Assembly (NCBI GenBank): GCA_010909165.1
Contig: VJWM01000227.1
Span: 229,915 to 293,914, forward strand
Direction: 5' to 3'
From: Anthoceros angustus
Lineage: Eukaryota > Plantae > Anthocerotophyta
Length of the DNA stretch: 64,000 nt
The position numbers and the translations under genes were made by a program. Positions 1 to 12,100 of the stretch are shown piece after piece. The notes beneath the pieces are model-generated. The model ran no database searches and was not told where the DNA came from. It worked only from the letters and a program-made list of their open reading frames with translations. Each line of letters begins with the position of its first letter. Position 1 is the first letter of the stretch.

Positions 1-1900
1 GGCGGAAAACACCGACTACGGTGCGAGCATCTCGGTGTCGTGTGCCGACCCGGCCATTCGAATCAAGCGCCTCAAGGCCGGTGCATCAAGTGGACTACGA
101 ATACGAGGAGGAGGCGAGGAGCAATGGAAGAGGCCTATCAGTGCAGAAGCCCCTCAGGCGCGATATCCCAAAACCATGTATCCGCCAACCGGAGGTCCGT
201 CACAACGAGCCCCACCGATGCGACCGCATGGGAGCCCTTCGTATCCTCCGTGTGGTGGTCTTGGGCTGCGGAATCTGGCCATTACTCCAACGCGTGTCCG
301 TACCCAGGCGGTAATGGGGACTTCGTGTGGCGGCGCAAGCGGTGGGCATATATGAGCGACGCTATGTCCCAACCCCGCAAGGCGGTCGAGCGGCGAAAAC
401 TACGAGGAATCGCTACATCGGAGGATAAAGAAATCCGCTCAAGGAGGCAAGAAGAAGAAGAAGCGGGGTTCGGACTCAGGAGGAAGAGTCTTGAGGAGGA
501 GGAGGAAGACCAATCGGAGGTGTCTTGGAGGAGGAGCGTCAAGAAGAGACGGAGGTCTCTAGCGAGGAAGAGTATCCCAAGAAGAAGAGCAAGAAGCCCG
601 GCTAAAAGAAGCGGGGTAAGAAGGAGGTGGTGACACCACCGGTCCAGAAGCTCCGGACCCGACTCCCTCAAGGAGGTGGCAGTGGGAGGACTGGAAAAAG
701 TGATAAAGAGAGTAGAGGACAGCGATAAACGGTTAAGGACCGAGGCGGCGGAAAACACCGACTACGGTGCGAGCATCTCGGTGTCGTGTGCCGACCCGGC
801 CATTCGAATCAAGCGCCTCAAGGCCGGTGCATCAAGTGGACTACGAATACGAGGAGGAGGCGAGGAGCAATGGAAGAGGCCTATCAGTGCAGAAGCCCCT
901 CAGGCGCGATATCCCAAAACCATGTATCCGTCAACCGGTCATCACGGCCCCGATGCACGACCGCATGGGAGCCCTTCGTATCCTCCGTGTGGTGGTCTTG
1001 GGCTGCGGAATCTGGCCATTACTCCAACGCGTGTCCGTACCCAGGCGGTAATGGGGACTTCGTGTGGCGGCCAAGCGGTGGGCATATATGAGCGACGCTA
1101 TGTCCCAACCCCGCAAGGCGGTCGAGCGGCGAAAACTACGAGGAATCGCTACATCGGAGGATAAAGAAATCCGCTCAAGGAGGCAAGAAGAAGAAGAAGC
1201 GGGGTTCGAGACTCAGGAGGAAGAGTCTTGAGGAGGAGGAAGACCAATCGGAGGTGTCTTGAGGAGGAGGCGTCGTCCAGAAGAGACGGAGGTCTCTAGC
1301 GAGGAAGAGTATCCCGCAGAAGAAGAGCAAGAAGCCCGGCTAAAAGAAGCGGTAAGAAGGAGGTGGTGACACCGGCCGGTCCGAGAAGCTCCGGACCCGA
1401 CTCCCTCAAGGAGGTGGCAGTGCGGGAGGACTGGAAAAAGTGATAAAGAGAGTAGAGGACACAGCGATAAACCAGTTAAGGGGAGAGGCGGCGGAAAACG
1501 ACTACGGTGCGAGCGCATCTACGGTGTCGTGTGCCGGCAACACGGCCATTCGAATCAAGCCTCAAGGCCGGTGCATCAAGTGGACTACGAATACGAGGAG
1601 GAGGAGCAATGGGAAGAGGCCTATCAGTGCAGAAGCCCCTCCGGGCGCGATATCCCAAAACCATGTATCCGTCAGCGGAGGTCCGTCAGCGAGCCCCACC
1701 GATGCGACCGCATGGGAGCCCTTCGTATCCTCCGTGCAGGGTAGTGCATTGGGCTGCGGAATCCGCCATTACTCCAAGCGTGTCCGAGGCGGGGTAATGG
1801 GGACTTGTGTGGCGATAGTGGGCATATGACGATGCTATGTCCCAACCCCGCACAAGGCAGTACGATATGCCACACCAAGCGGAGAACCCGACCACCAACG
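1..1900 (+). pseudogene. Gag C-terminal region with two CCHC zinc-knuckle remnants, present as about 2.5 tandem copies (period about 745 bp)
   Basis: Reconstructed across indels: C..C..PGHSNQA.P...VHQVDYEYEEE and C..CGDSGHM..LCPNP (ORF 1805). The unit start ggcggaaaacaccgactacgg recurs at 1, about 748 and about 1491. Confidence 0.75.
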
Positions 1901-1999
1901 CCACCTCCTAAGGCTGACCGTCGGCAAGTCGAAGATGCTCGATTGGCGGAGTGGGAAGAGATTCCCAGTGCGAGATGGAAAGAACAAGAAGGTGCGGTG

Positions 2000-4430
2000 G
2001 GGGTCGAAAGGAAGGGAGTCGGGCGTGGAAATCTTGGAGGTGTCTACTCGTGGCGAAGGAAGGAGCGGCGAAAGGCGCGATTGAAGAAGAACAAGGAGGC
2101 GTCGGGCCGAGGAAGGCAATCAAACGGAAATACCGGCAGAGGATCCGACCGATGAAGGAGGAGGTGGGGCAGGCGGCTCTGGGAGGATTACCGAAGGAAG
2201 TTCTCGACAGGGGCGGGGAGAAGGGCAGTGCCTCCGCGAGCCGATTTCCGGACGTAGTCCGGAGGTGACCGAGATGTTGCAGGAGGAAATGCGCAAGCAT
2301 CCGGAGAATACCGAACAAGTGACCCGGGAGAGGATGAGGCCAGCGGGATCCTCGATTGGGGTAGAAGCCTCTCCTTTAATGTGGCGGACGATGATGAATC
2401 GGCACCTTGTGTCCTTTCGGCGAGGATAACCCAAATACCGACAAGAGGTCCGTCGGGCCGTTAGGAAAAGCCTCGGCGGAGCACCAAAGCCGGGAAGGGT
2501 AGCAGTGGAAGTGAGGGTGGTGTCCCATACGGACCCAGGCGCCCGATGGTACAAGTGGAGATTTGGATGTATCATCAAGGATGTACCGTTGGACACGGGT
2601 CCGAGTCAACCTCATCACAAGCCACGGCACGGGTGGGCTTCACATCCTTGAACCCTCAACGAAGACTCGAGAATGGCGGACATGTCAAGAAGAGATCCGT
2701 GGGAGTTAACCGAGTCTTGGCCACCATAGCGTGCACCCTACAAACCGGATTTTGTTGTGATCAAACCGGCCGGACCATTAGGGTATGAGGTGTTCTTTGG
2801 GCGGCCATGGGTTGGCCAGAAGCTACACTTTGGAAGGAAGGAGATTCACTTCAAGCCGGTGGGGGTCGAAAGGAAGGGAGTCGGGCGTGGAAATCTTGAG
2901 GTGTCTACTCGTGGCCGAAGGAAGGAGCGACGAAAGGCGCCGGTTGAAGAAGAACAAGGGAGGAAGCGTCACGGGCCAGGAAGGCAATCAAGCGGAAATA
3001 CCGGAGAGGATCCGATGAAGGAGGGCTGACGGGCGGCTCTGGGAGGGATTACCGAAGGAAGTTCTCCGATGGGGCAGGAGAAGGGCAGTGCCTCCGCGGC
3101 CAGCCGATTTCCGGGCAGTCGAGGTGGAGATGTTGCGGAGGAAATGCATCCGGAGAATACCGAACAGTGACCGGGAGAGGATGAGGGGGAGCAGGATCCT
3201 CGATTGGGGTAGAAGCCTCTGCCCCTTTAATGTGGCGGACGATGATGAATCGGCGCACCTTGTGTCCTTTCGGCGAGGATAACCCGAAAAAGAGGTCCGT
3301 CGGGCCGTTAGAAACCCAGCCTCGGCGGAGCACCAAAGCCGGGAAGGGTAGCATGGAAGTGAGGTGGTGTCCCATACGGACCCAGGCGATGGTACAAGTG
3401 GAGATTTGGATGTATCATCAAGGATGTACCGTTGGACACGGGTCCGAGTCAACCTCATCACGAAACCACGGCACGAAAATTGGGCTTCACATCCTTGAAC
3501 CCTCAGAAGACTCGAGAATGGCGGACATGTCGAAGAGATCCGTGAGGAGTTAAAGTCTTGGCCACCATAGCCGCACCCTACAAACCGGATTTTGTTGTGA
3601 TCAAACCGGACCATTAGGGTATGAGGTGTTCTTTGGGCGGCCATGGTGGGTTGGCCAGACAAGCTACACTTTGGAAGGAAGGAGATTCACTTCAAGCGGT
3701 GGTGGGACCCTAAGGTGCGAGAAGGAGGGCTGACGGGCGGCCTGCCGGAGGGATTACCGAAGGAAGTTCTCCGTGCAGACGGGGAGAAGGGCAGTGCCTC
3801 CGCGGCCAGCCGATTTCCGGACGTGGTCAGGAGGTGACCGAGATGTTGCGGAGGAATCATGGCATCCGGAGAATACCGAACACCAAGTGACCCGGGAGAG
3901 GATGAGGCCAGCGGGATCCTCGATTGGGGTAGAAGCCTCCCCCCATGTGGCGGACGATGATGAATCGGCACCTTGTGTCCTTTCGGCGAGGATAACCCGA
4001 AATCTGACAAGAGGTCCGTCGGGCCGTTAGAAACCCAGCCTCGGAGCACCAAAGCCGGGAAGGGTAGCAGTGGAAGTGAGGGTGGTGTCCCATACGGACC
4101 CAGGCGCCCGATGGTACAAGTGGAGATTTGGATGTATCATCAAGGATGTGGACACGGGTCCGAGTCAACCTCATCACAAGCCACGGCACGAAAATTGGGC
4201 TTCACATCCTTGAACCCTCAGAAGACTCGAGAATGGCGGACATGTCAAGAAGAGATCCGTGGGGAGTTAACCGAGTCTTGGCCACCATAGTGGCGCACCC
4301 TACAAAGCTGGATTTTGTTGTGATCAAACCGGCCGGACCATTAGGGTATGAGGTGTTCTTTGATGGTGGGTTGGCCAGACAAGCTACACTTTGGAAGGAA
4401 GGAGATTCACTTCAAGCCGGTGGTGGGACC
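2000..4430 (+). pseudogene. Retropepsin-type aspartic protease region, three tandem copies (period about 830-850 bp)
   Basis: L-D-T-G-S motif (ttggacacgggtcc) at about 2589 and about 3432, with a variant at about 4149. Followed by VNLIT..., DFVVIKPAGPLGYEV.FGRPW. Confidence 0.8.
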
Positions 4431-4984
4431 CTAAGGTGCGAGAAGGGAGGTTGCTATCACAGCAAGGACACCTATTGTGGGAAGCTGAGCACTACGAAGG
4501 GTATACCTCGTGGAGGACTCCAGCGACAACAAGATAGTTCCGAGGAGGCGTACCCTTTCGCCAAGATCCGCCGGTCCGAGGAGGAGATGGACTACGGCGG
4601 GATGCCTTTGGTGCGGAAGTGGTTGATTGTTTTGAGTAAACGCCACAACGGGGGAGGAAGGAAGTGAAGAGGAGGTCGGACCCGGCTGAGGGAGGCAGTG
4701 AGAGTCGGACCAAGGAAGCGGACATCGAAGGAGTAACACGATTCACCTCCGACGAGCTCTTGAGAGAATGGGGATGCGAGAGGACGATCCCGAGGAGGAC
4801 GAGGGGTTTGGGCCAGGCGGCAGGCAGGAGGCAGTGAACCCGGACGTGGAAGAAGTGGAGGTCCGGCCCAGAAATTCGAAGTTTAAGAAAGGCATGCCTC
4901 CGGACTGAAGGAAGGACTAAAGCATTCTGGGGAGTTTTGAGGTGTTCGCCTTCAAGGTCACGGACATGAAGGGCATTAGAAGAA

Positions 4985-6180
4985 GTGGGGAGCATAAGAT
5001 CGATTTGAAGCCGGAGGCGGTGCGGTCAAATCCGACAATACAAGCTCAACCCCAAGTATTCGATCAAGGTGAAGGAGGTCCTTGATAAGTACACGGAGGC
5101 GGACATCATTTTCCCCATCGTCAGCGAGTGGGTCGCCGATTGTGGTGGTTCCCAAGAACAGCCAGACAAATTCGGTATGCCAAGATTGGAGGAAGCTCAA
5201 CGCCAGCGGAGAAGGACCACTTCCGATGCCATTCGTGACGACATTTTGGACAAGGTGGTGGACGGACTACTTACTCCTTCCTGGATGGCTACTCGGATAT
5301 AACCAATTGCACCTAAGGGAGTGAGATGGGACAAGACGACCTTCACTACTGAGTGGGGCGTTTGCCTACAAGAGAAGTGCCTTTGGGATGACCGGAGCGC
5401 CGGTCGTTCATGCGTATGGTGACCAACGCGTCTTCCGTGACTTCGAGGGACTTCATGGAGATATTCTGGATGATTTTGTGTGCATGGGGAGCGGGACAAA
5501 CACCTTGGGCATCTAAGAAGGTGCTTGGGCTGCGGAGACTCAATTGAGCCTACACCGAGAAATGCTACTTTGGAATGACGGAGGGAATCTTGGGACATCG
5601 GGTGTCGGCGGGGAATCGAGGTGGACGGGACAAGGTCCGGTCATCCAGTCTCTCCACACGAACCTAAAGGAGCGAGAGGTTTCACAGGAATGGTGGGATA
5701 CTACCGCGGTTTATTAAGGACTTTGCGAAGAGGGCTAAGTTGCGAACTCTGCGGAAGGAGGAGGTTTGGACACAGTCACGAGGCGAGAGGAGGCCTTCGG
5801 GATTCTGAACACCTTGGTAAGCGCAGGTTCTAAGAGGACCGGATGGAGCAGAAATTTCATGTGTATGTAGAGTGTCCGCTTTTGCTATCGGAGTAGTCTT
5901 GAGCGGAAGGACGACAAGCGGGATTATCCGTATACTACGACTGACATCCGGAACGAAAATACACAACTACTGAGGCCAAGCCGGGTATGGTATATCTTTG
6001 TCAAGAAATTCCGACACTACACTACCCGGTGAGTTTGTGTTCTATGTAGACCACTTTTGAAGCATCGGTGAATAAAGGCGGACTGTCCGGACGGATAGCA
6101 AGGTGGATATTGTTGCTGCAGGAGTTCACGTTCAAGTGGAAACAAGACAAGGGAGGCACCAAAATGCATTTCCACGATTG
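4985..6180 (+). pseudogene. Gypsy reverse transcriptase and RNase H (frameshifted)
   Basis: KIDLKPEA, SPIVVVPK, PMPFVDDILDKV, DGYSGYNQI, DKTTFTTEWG, IF(L)DDF at about 5461-5478, RGFTGMVGYYR, KKFRHY, RIARWILLLQEF. Confidence 0.92.
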
Positions 6181-6399
6181 AAAAGGCGGTGTTGAGAGAT
6201 CGGAAGATGCGTTCCGGATGAGACATTGGTTGCGCGGTAAAAGTACAACCGGAGGAGCCCAGACGAACCCCAAGCTACGAGGGCGTAGCGAGCGGAGAAG
6301 GGTCACGGGCCGTCAAACCCTGAAGAAATAGCGGTACCTCAGGGAATGGAGCTTCCAAATCGACTCGTGGGAGAGGAGGCATTCGTGCACTATGCTCGA

Positions 6400-9119
6400 C
6401 CCTTGAATGTACAACGGTGTGTGTTCAAATTAGGGCGGACGAGCGAAGGTACTTGCAACCGGCGAGGCAGGAGCGGTCGTCGAGGAATGCACGAAGGATT
6501 GGGGGAGGACACTACGCAAGACAGTCACCACCAAAAGATTTTGAAGCGGGGATCTTGGTGGCCAACAATGTATGGGGACACCCACCGGTTTGTGAAGAAG
6601 TGTGATGCTTGTCGGATCGGAAAGCCAACCCCGACGACACGGTGGCCGCTAGTACCGATATTGGCACCGCACCTTCGAAAAGTGGGGTATTGACTTTGTT
6701 GGACCTATACCTGACAAGACACACACAAAGGAGATACATCCCGGTGGCAGCGGACTCGCACGGTGGGTAGAGGCGGTGGCGACAAGAACGGACTCCATAA
6801 AACCTGGCCAAATTCTGTCGAGAACATCATCATCGGATGTCCGCTGCGGTTGGTAAGTGATAGGGGAACCCATTTCCTTAATGATGTGGTGGCCGCCATG
6901 ACGGAGTATTTCGGCATCAATCATCGCAAGACGGCACCCTACAATCCTAAGGCCAATGGGGCAGGAAGACAAATGGGCTCATCTGCGGGATCTGAATAAA
7001 CTCACGATGAACTACGCCCATGCTGGATACCAAGCGCCATCCGCCTGTGGGCGTTAGAAGGTGACCACACAACGGACCCCTTCTTGACCTACGGACACTC
7101 TCCGTAATGCCGGTGGAGTTTGAAGTGCCCACTTTTGAGTAATGATGGAAGGGAGGCGGAGGAGGAAAGCCATCGAGCGACTCTTGGGGTTTGTTGCACA
7201 GGAGGGGGAAGAAGCTCGGTGAAGATGCGATTGGTGCAAAACCAGTGAAGATTTGGCACGATCGCATTGCGGAATCGAGGTGGACGGGACAAGGTCCGGT
7301 CATCCGATCTCTCCGGCCGGAACCTAAAGGAGGCGAGAGGTTTCACAGGAATGGTGGGATACTACCGGTTTATTAAGGACTTTGCGGCTAAGTTGCGGAA
7401 CTCTGCGGAAGGAGGAGGTTTGGACTGTCACGGAGGCGAGAGGAGGCCTTCGGATTCTGAACACCTTGGTAAGCGCCGGTTCTAAGAGGACCGGATGGAG
7501 CAGAAATTTCATGTGTATGTAGATGTCCGCTTTTGCTATCGGAGTAGTCTTGAGCGGAAGGACGACAAGCGGGATTATCCGTATACTACTGAGGGCGGCG
7601 GCTCACCCCACGACGAAAATACACTTCTGAGGCCGAAGCCTTGGGTATGGTATATCTTGTCAAGAAATTCGACACTACACTACCCGGTGAGTTTGTGTTC
7701 TATGTAGACCACTTTCTTGAAGCATCGGTGAATAAGGCGGACTGTCCGGACGGATAGCAAGGTGGATATTGTTGCTGCGAGTTCACGTTGAAGTGGAAAC
7801 AAGACAAGGAGGCGGCACCAAAATGCGATTTCATCACGATTGAAAAGGCGGTGTTGAGAGATCGGGAAGATGCGTTCCGGATGAGACATTGGTTGCCGCA
7901 GAAAAAGTACAACCGGAGGAGCCGAACCCCAAGCTACGAGCTGGCGGCCTTAGCGAGCGGAGAAGGGGGTGGTCCGACCTCGAAGAAATAGGCGGTACCT
8001 CAGGGAATGGAGCTTCCATCGACTCGTGGGAGAGGAGGCATTCGTGCACTATGCTCGACCCTTGAGAATGTACAACGGTGTGTGTTCAAATTAGGGGACG
8101 GAGTAGAGCGAAGGTACTTGCAACCGGCGAGAGGCAGGAGGCGGTCGTCGAGGAATGCACGAAGGATTGGGGGAGGACACTACGCGAGTCACCACCAAAA
8201 GATTTTGGGCGGGATCTTGGCCAACAATGTATGGGGACACCCACCGGTTTGTGAAGAAGTGTGATGCTTGTCGTGGATCGGAAAGCCAACCCCGACGACA
8301 CGGTGGCCGCTAGTACCGATATTGGCACCTTTCGAAAAGTGGGGTATTGACTTTGTTGGACCTATCTGACCTCGACAAGACACACAAAGGAGATACATCC
8401 ACGGTGGCAGCGGACTCGCACGGTGGGTAGAGGCGGTGGCGACAAGAACGGACTCGCAAACGTGGCCAAATTCACTGCGAGAACATCATAACCCGACGGA
8501 TGTCCTGCGGTTGGTAAGTGATAGGGGAACCCATTTCCTTAATGATGTGGTGGCCGCCATGACGGAGTATTTCGGCATCAATCATCGCAAGACGGCACCC
8601 TACAATCCTAAGGCCAATGGGTGAGAAGACAAATGGGCTCATCTGCGGGATCTGAATAAACTCACGACTACGCCCATGGGATACCAAGCGCCATCCGCCT
8701 GGGCGTTCGGACAGCAGAAGGTGACCACGGACCCCTTCTTGACCTCGGACACTCTCCGTAATGCCGTGGAGTTTGAAGTGCCCACTTTTGAGTAATGATG
8801 GAAGGGAGGCGGAGGAGGAAAGCCATCGGCGACTCTTGGGGTTTGTTCGGCCACGGAGGACGGGGAAGAAGCTCGGTGAAGATGCATTGGTGCAAAACCG
8901 GTGAAGATTTGGCACGATCGCATTGCGGAATCGGAGTATGTAAAGGAAGGGACTGGCCCTCCTTTATGATAGTCGTTACATGCATTTTCGAGCAAACTTC
9001 ACGAGATGGATGGGTCCGTACCAAGTGGTGCAAGTATATGACAACGGGTCCGTCCACGACTAGATGGAGAGCTGCCCACTCGGGTGAGCGGGTGGCGGGT
9101 GAAGAAGTATCATGCTTAG
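6400..9119 (+). pseudogene. Gypsy integrase. The RH-IN block 5595-7265 is tandemly repeated at 7268-8930
   Basis: HHCC zinc domain (GGHY...WWPTMYGDTHRFVKKCDAC), KWGIDFVGP, LVSDRGTHF, TAPYNPKANG; each motif is seen twice. Confidence 0.92.
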
Positions 9120-9153
9120 TGTTGGCGGAGGCGTAGCAGATGAGAAGGGAGTA

Positions 9154-12100
9154 TGTGGGCTATGCACTTCCGGGAGTTAGAAATAAGTAGGGTTTCTGTT
9201 TTTAGGATTGAAGGATAAATAAGGCGGAAAAGGAGGAATAAATTGGGGTAGCGCTTGGACGAGGCTCGGAGTATACTCCGGACTCGAGTGAACAACGGAC
9301 CCGGTACCACTATGGCAAGCTCGGACTACGCCGAAGAGATAAGTCCGGAACCCACTCCAGTCAAAATAGGATAAGTGCGAAAGTAACCTAGGAGGAGGCG
9401 TGAGGGCAGAGGCGGCGCCACGTGGGCCACGAGTGGAGGTCGGGCATGCTGAGCGGGCCGTAACCTTGCAGGCCGTTATAGCGGTATTCACGCCCGCGCG
9501 CGTAAGGCGTAAGCGGGCGTAGGGTCGAGTAAGCCATGCGACCCCTGGCGATTCTCGGACAGGCGCCTTCGCCTGTTACTTCCTGGCGCCAAGGAGGAGG
9601 TCATTTATTGCGCGACCTCGACAATCCTCACGGTCCCTTGCGCTCCGCAATCCGGCTCTGGCGCTATCTTTTGGGCGCCAGTCGACAGGCGCGCGTCAAG
9701 GTTGGAGCGGCAGCGGCGAGGAACATCGTGCCGGTGGACTCGACGGCCGGGAGGAGGAGAAAGCAATGGCACCCAAAAGCCGGAATCAGGAGCCATGGAC
9801 CCTCGTGGAGCGCAACATTGTGACCGGCTATCCGGACTTGGCCTGGTGGAGGCGGGGAATTGGTGCGGGTGGCATGGGCGTGTTCCAAATGGTCGGACCT
9901 TTGACGTCACTCTAGTCCGGAGTTTGCGGAAGATCTGGCGGCAACAAGGAGGTCCGATCCAAGAACCTCCGGAGGACCGAGGCGATGGACCTTGGAGGTC
10001 CCGAGGATGGCCCCGCCAAGGAGGAAGAAGGGGCGTGGTGCGAGCCCCTTAAGGCGAAGGGAAGATAGGGCCACCCGCAGTGCGTCTTGAGGCTGGGCGC
10101 GGACAACCAACGGATGGTTGATATCCGATCTGGCCGGACGGTCGAGTAAGGGCGGTAGCCGGATCATTATCCATTGGAACTGCTCACCAAGGTGGATCAC
10201 CTTGGTGATAACTGATGGTATTCATGCGCTCCGGTGAAGGAAGGCGGTGGGAAGGATTATCTTCGGTTCGGTCGAGGCACGCAAGCTAAGGAGCGAAGCC
10301 CTCGCCATCGGTGACCCCATACGATTCATGTATGGGGACATTTCGAGCTCTGAAGGAGGAGGCGGCGCCAAGGAGGAGGCCCCGAGTAGGCGTGCAAGGG
10401 TGGTGGTCGTCCTTGAGACCAAGCGGACTCGGGAGGAGGCGGAGGATTCCGGACTCCATACGTCTGGAGCGAACCCCCTCACCACCCAGGGAAGTTTGGG
10501 AGGCGATTCCCCCTTCCCTCCTTTTGGTGCCCCTCGGGCGGCCCGGCCGAGGGAGGCGGCGGGAGGCGTTGGCGGCTCCGGCACCGACAGAACAACAGCC
10601 AACAACCACGACGGCTGCTGAGCCCCGACGAACTCAGCGGGAGCCGAAGAGGCGGAAGACGGTGCCGCCTACCAACGCAGCACCTCGGTGCAGTACCTTA
10701 CCCCGCCCAGGAGTGGCAAGAGGCAAGAGGCGGTGGGAGGCGAAGGGACGTGGCCCAAGGAGGAGGTCAGCGGCCACCCACCCGGTCCCCCGCGGGAAGG
10801 GGCAAGAGCTTGCTCCGGACCCCTCACCTCCTCCGAGCCCTGTGGAGAAAGAGGGCACAAAGGAGTTAGAGGCCAAGAGGGCCAAGAGGGTGAGACTCGG
10901 ACCTCACCACTCGGGACCGAGGGTCTGATTAGGTCGAGAACCCAGTCGGACTTACTCGTGCGGTATGGAGGTCCTTGGCGGACCGAGAAATGCCGGCTCC
11001 CACTACGGACTTTGTGGGGGCCTCACAGTGGCCGTGGAAGAAACACGGCGAGTCCTGGCTACCGTCATGGACGGAATGCTTTGGGGTCTCTGTGGTACAG
11101 CGGAGAAGACCCAGGAAGTGGAGGCCACCCGGAGGAGGATGGTGGAACTCAAGAGCAAGTGAAGGCGGAGGGGCAAAGGAAAAGGCGGAGTCCCTCGCTC
11201 GGATCGAGGAAGGAAGCGCCGGGTGGCGGAGCGAGGCGGTTCGCAGACGGGCCAAGGTTCTTCAGTCGCGACAGTGAAGCAAGCTCGAGGCCCAAGCGGC
11301 GGAGGACCTTGCGGGCGAAGGCGCGGCGGGAGGCGGAAGGCCGGGGCTGGCAGAGAGCTCGGGACTGGCGGAGGCGGCGGCTAGGCGCCAAGTGGGCGAG
11401 GCCAGTAAAGCGGCGAAGGTGGGCGGCAAGCGGCCGGGATCACTGAGGCGTGATCGGGCCGGTGGAGAGAGTCATGACGAGGCTAACTCGAAGGCGCCGC
11501 ATGGGCGAGCAAGGCCGGCAAGGAGGAGGCCGGCACTCGGGAGATAGGGATCTCCGAGTGCAGTGCAGGAGGTAGAGGAGGCGGCGGCGGATGGAGGGCA
11601 GCAAGGACACGCGCTACAACTCCAAGATGCGTCGGGCGGCGGTGATTCTCAGCGAGAGAATCCACGACTCGAGCACGAAATAGAGTGCCTCGGCTCAAGA
11701 CGGAGGAAAATCGGCGACTATCCAAGGAGTTGGGCGTTGCCGGGCTGAAGCGGAGGAAGTCCGAGTCGGACGGAGGTATCGCTGGAGAGGGAGGCTGGCG
11801 GCGGCCGGCTAGGCGGCGCCAAGTGGGCGAGGCCAGTAAAGCGGCGAAGGTCGGGCCGCGGCAAGGATCACTGAGGCGTGATCGGGCCGGTGGAAGAGTC
11901 GGACGAGGCTAACTCGAAGGACGGCGGCTATGGGCGAGCAAGGCGGAAGGAGGAGATGGAGGCCGGCACTCGGGAGATAGGGATCTCCGAGTGCAGTGCG
12001 GAGTAGAGAGGCGGCGGCGAGATGGAGGGCAGCAAGGACAGCTGGGCTACAACTCCAAGATGCGTCGGAGGCGGTGATTCTCAGCGAGAGAATCCACGAC